From Pseudomonadota bacterium (GTDB lineage Bacteria; Myxococcota_A; UBA9042): DNA of 64,000 nt. The stretch lies in NCBI GenBank assembly GCA_041163625.1, contig JBEARB010000067.1:426-64425 (forward strand). Reading direction: 5' to 3'. Below the pieces are notes generated by a model. It saw only the letters and a program-made list of their open reading frames with translations. It was not told the DNA's origin and did no database searches. Each line of letters starts with the position of its first letter. Position 1 is the first letter of the stretch. Below are positions 61,406 to 64,000 of this stretch, one piece after another. The position numbers and the translations under genes are program-made.

Positions 61406-63478
61406 TTAGTGAGGTGTGCGCGCAGTTGCCAGCGCCGCGAGCAGGGCGAAGCCGCCGAGCGCGCCCAGCGCCGTCAATCCGAGCGTCGGCAGCGCTACCG
61501 CGACGAGCGCGCCCGCGACGAGCGCGCCCAAGCCATCCAGGCCGACCAAGCGATCGGCGGGCATGCCCGGCTCGGCCAGCAGCGCCGCGAACGCCAGCGC
61601 GCCGGCGCTGCCGCACACCGCGGCCGCGGCAGCCGCCGCGAGTAGCGCGAGGTCGCCCGCCGCGCTCGCCAGCGCGCCGTCGATCGGCCCGGCGAGTGGG
61701 CCGAGGGCGAGCATCGCCGCGAGCGTCGTCCCCGCGCCGAGCCAGCGCCGGCGAGCGGCGTCGTGCGCCCACGCCGTCGCCGCCGCGCCCGCCAAGAGCG
61801 CGGCGGCCAGCATCCACGACGCACCCGTGCCCGGGTGCCCGCTCCACGGCACGCCGCGGGCCAACGCGACGATCTGCAGCGTCGTGCCGCCGAGCCCCGC
61901 CGCCACACCGGCGTAGGGCAGAGCGCGCGGCAGGGGCGTCGCCCCCCGGCGCCGGCGCAGCAGCGGCAGCGCGAGCAGCAGCAAGGCCGCGGCGACCCAC
62001 GCCTCGGCGGGCCAGCCGAAGGCGGCGTCGTACGCCAGCACGGGGCGATCGTCTGCCGGCACGCGCCCCGCCGTCGCGACCGGTCCGTCCGTCGCGCCAG
62101 CGTCCCGCGCGGCCACGAGGACGGCGGAGAGCGCCTCTTTCTCCTCGCTCGCGGCACACAGCACGCGCGCCGCGCTCTGCTCCGGTGCGTCCGGCAGCTG
62201 CGCGCACGCCGCGTGGCCCGGGCCGAACGCCGCGTCCATCGCCCGCAGCGTGGCGGTGCCGAGCGCGGCGCGGTTGTGCACGACCAGCACGCGCCCAGCC
62301 GGCTCCAGCACGCCGCGAGCGAGCGCGAGCGCCTCGCGAGTCAGCAGGCGCGCGTCGACGTGGGTGCGGCCGCGCAAGCCCGCCGGCGCGGTCTCGACCA
62401 AGCCCAAGAGCACGCAATCCCACCGCCGGTCGGTCGCACGTGCGGCGGCGAGGAAGCGGCGCCCCTCTTCCGTGTGCCAGCGCACCCGGGCGTCGCGCAG
62501 CGCGGTGAGGTGCGAAGGGGCGTGTCGGCGCAGCAACTCGGCCATCGCGGCGTTCTGCTCGACCGCGTCGACCCTTTGGGCCCCGGCCTGCAGCGCGACG
62601 ACGACGTCCAGGCCAGCGCCTGCGCCCAGGACGAGCACGCGGCCGCCGCGGCAGCCGTCGAGGGCGGGCCGCCGCAAGCCGACCTCGCGCTCGAGGGCGG
62701 CGTCGTCGAAGCGTGTGGCGTGGCCGTCCCAGCGCGGCGCGCGCGCGACGTGCATCCCGTCGGTGTACAGGCGCAGGGCGGCGGCGTCGGGAGCGCCGAC
62801 CAGGTCGGTGCGTCCGGCCGGACCGAAGGCGGTCGCGCGGACGGGCTCGCCGCTCCGCGCGACGTCGGCGTCGAGGTGACGCTGCACGCCGACGTCGGCC
62901 GGTAGCTTTGCGGCGACCCAGGGCGACGGCGCCAGCGCGAGGCAGGTCAACGCGCCGGCCGTGGCGATGACGCGACCGCTGCGCCGGGTCGCCGAGACCG
63001 CCGTCGCCGCGGCGAGCGCGCTCGCGCCCGCCAGCAGCGCCGCCGCGCCGCCGCCTCGCGACAGCGCCAGCGGCCCGACGACGCCCAGGCCCAGCGCGGC
63101 GCCGACCAGCTCGGCGACGTAGCGGAGGTGTCGCCGACGCGCGTCGGGGGCGGCGGCGAGTGCGGACGCGGAGACGGAGCCGAAGGCGACGAAGGGCACG
63201 GCGAAGCTCGCGGTGCCCCAGGCGAGGTCCGAGCGCGGCAGCCAGAACGCGGCGCCGGCGGCGGCCCCGGCGCCGAGCGCGAGCGCAACGGACCCCGACG
63301 GCGAGGGTCGACGCGCCGCCCACAGCGCGCCGACGGCGAGCCCGAACAGGGCGACCGCCAGCGTCGCGTAGGCCAAGCCGTGATAGAGCAGCACGCTGCC
63401 CAGGCGAAGCACGCCGGCTTCGCAGGCGCCGAGGCCGGCCGCGGCCAGCAGCAGCGCCGCCCGGACACGGCGCTCCAT
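61406..63478 (-). CDS. Membrane-anchored spermidine-synthase-like (polyamine aminopropyltransferase family) protein.
   Basis: ATG 63478 overlaps the ppc stop. There are about 7 N-terminal TM helices. A class I methyltransferase/SpeE-like core is present (RVLVLGAGAGLDVVVALQAGAQRVDAVEQNAAMAELL), and more TM helices occur at the C-terminus. Confidence 0.65.
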   Translation of the reverse strand: MERRVRAALLLAAAGLGACEAGVLRLGSVLLYHGLAYATLAVALFGLAVGALWAARRPSPSGSVALALGAGAAAGAAFWLPRSDLAWGTASFAVPFVAFGSVSASALAAAPDARRRHLRYVAELVGAALGLGVVGPLALSRGGGAAALLAGASALAAATAVSATRRSGRVIATAGALTCLALAPSPWVAAKLPADVGVQRHLDADVARSGEPVRATAFGPAGRTDLVGAPDAAALRLYTDGMHVARAPRWDGHATRFDDAALEREVGLRRPALDGCRGGRVLVLGAGAGLDVVVALQAGAQRVDAVEQNAAMAELLRRHAPSHLTALRDARVRWHTEEGRRFLAAARATDRRWDCVLLGLVETAPAGLRGRTHVDARLLTREALALARGVLEPAGRVLVVHNRAALGTATLRAMDAAFGPGHAACAQLPDAPEQSAARVLCAASEEKEALSAVLVAARDAGATDGPVATAGRVPADDRPVLAYDAAFGWPAEAWVAAALLLLALPLLRRRRGATPLPRALPYAGVAAGLGGTTLQIVALARGVPWSGHPGTGASWMLAAALLAGAAATAWAHDAARRRWLGAGTTLAAMLALGPLAGPIDGALASAAGDLALLAAAAAAAVCGSAGALAFAALLAEPGMPADRLVGLDGLGALVAGALVAVALPTLGLTALGALGGFALLAALATARTPH

Positions 63479-63999
63479 CAGCCCGTGTTTCGCATTCCGG
63501 CGGCGACGCCGTTGATGGTGACGGCCAATGCGTCCACCAGGGTCTGCGAGGCGGACTCGCCGGCGCGGCGATAGCGCGCGAGCAGCTCGACCTGCAGCAG
63601 ATTCAGCGGATCGACATAGGGGTTGCGGACCGCGATCGAGCGCGCGAGGACCGGGTTGTCTGCCAGGAGCGACGACGTGCCGAGCGTGGCGAGTACGGCT
63701 TCGCGGGTCTCGGCCAAATCGTGGGCGAGCTGTGGACCGAGCGTCTGCGCCTGCTCCGGGGCGAGGCGCGCGTCGTAGACTGCGGCGATCTCGGGGGAGG
63801 CCTTGGCCAACACCATCTCGACCATGCCGAGGGTGGTGCGAAAAAAGCGCCACTGGCGCGCCATCTCGTGCAGCAGCGCCGGGTCGCGTTCGGTCCGAGC
63901 CCACTGCAGCGCGTGGCCGACGCCGTACCAAGCCGGCAGCATCAGCCGCGTCTGCGTCCAGGCGAAGACCCACGGGATCGCACGCAGGCTCTGCACGCC
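63478..63999 (-). CDS. ppc: Phosphoenolpyruvate carboxylase, C-terminal 172 aa; the 5' end lies beyond the window.
   Basis: The sequence AIPWVFAWTQTRLMLPAWYGVG ... VRNPYVDPLNLLQVELL ... MRNTG is the conserved PEPC C-terminus, including the terminal NTG. Confidence 0.85.
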   Translation of the reverse strand, partial: GVQSLRAIPWVFAWTQTRLMLPAWYGVGHALQWARTERDPALLHEMARQWRFFRTTLGMVEMVLAKASPEIAAVYDARLAPEQAQTLGPQLAHDLAETREAVLATLGTSSLLADNPVLARSIAVRNPYVDPLNLLQVELLARYRRAGESASQTLVDALAVTINGVAAGMRNTG

Positions 64000-64000
64000 A

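Overview
This 64-kb window is about 74% GC and contains the Myxococcus-type cysteine-rich repeat, so the source is probably a myxobacterium-like deltaproteobacterial chromosome. I call about 44 protein-coding genes, one tRNA-Arg(CCG) and one coding tandem repeat. There are no rRNA genes, CRISPR arrays or transposases. I chose genes by homology and by high GC at the third codon position. Most long ORFs in the supplied track are Arg/Pro/Ala-rich artefacts of the GC content and were discarded.

Gene content, 5' to 3':
- A 5'-partial exported dehydrogenase combining cysteine-rich repeats, a PQQ-dependent glucose/sorbosone dehydrogenase beta-propeller and a C-terminal planctomycete-type cytochrome c (PSCyt1-like, CXXCH) domain.
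- Two convergent polytopic membrane proteins that look like GT-C-type glycosyltransferases.
- A minus-strand trio: alpha/beta-hydrolase lipoprotein, gamma-carbonic-anhydrase-family protein, membrane protein.
- An RlmI-like rRNA methyltransferase with an unusual N-terminal extension resembling a degenerate RluA pseudouridine synthase.
- tRNA-Arg(CCG), followed by a disrupted ORF remnant.
- A five-gene minus-strand signalling and envelope cluster: pseudo-receiver/pseudo-Hpt scaffold, Hpt, REC-GGDEF with a GVEEF site, membrane-fusion-protein-like lipoprotein, TPR/coiled-coil lipoprotein.
- A second cysteine-rich-repeat lipoprotein.
- A compact histidine operon: hisG, hisC fused to a HAD phosphatase, phosphatase-less hisB, hisH, hisF, hisA fused to hisIE, hisD.
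- REC-HD-GYP, Ppx/GppA, an Rsm22-like methyltransferase, a CoaC-like flavoprotein, an acyltransferase-3, clpS-clpA and hrpB.
- A secreted HEXXH protein.
- A minus-strand trio: tandem-FKBP lipoprotein, GCS2 ligase fused to a CBS pair, and a 1396-aa lipoprotein made of about 40 Myxococcus-type cysteine-rich repeats.
- truD overlapping a SWIM-SNF2 helicase.
- An envelope locus with two paralogous small PSCyt1-like heme-motif lipoproteins, a TolB-like beta-propeller/TPR giant, a YdbL-like lipoprotein, a 1371-aa AsmA/TamB-like protein, a membrane-anchored spermidine-synthase-like protein and the 3' end of ppc.

Most interesting for follow-up:
- the AsmA-like, YdbL-like, TolB/TPR, PSCyt1 lipoprotein locus;
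- the atypical phosphorelay, c-di-GMP and MFP cluster;
- the FKBP, GCS2-CBS, giant disulfide-repeat lipoprotein operon;
- the his operon fusions.
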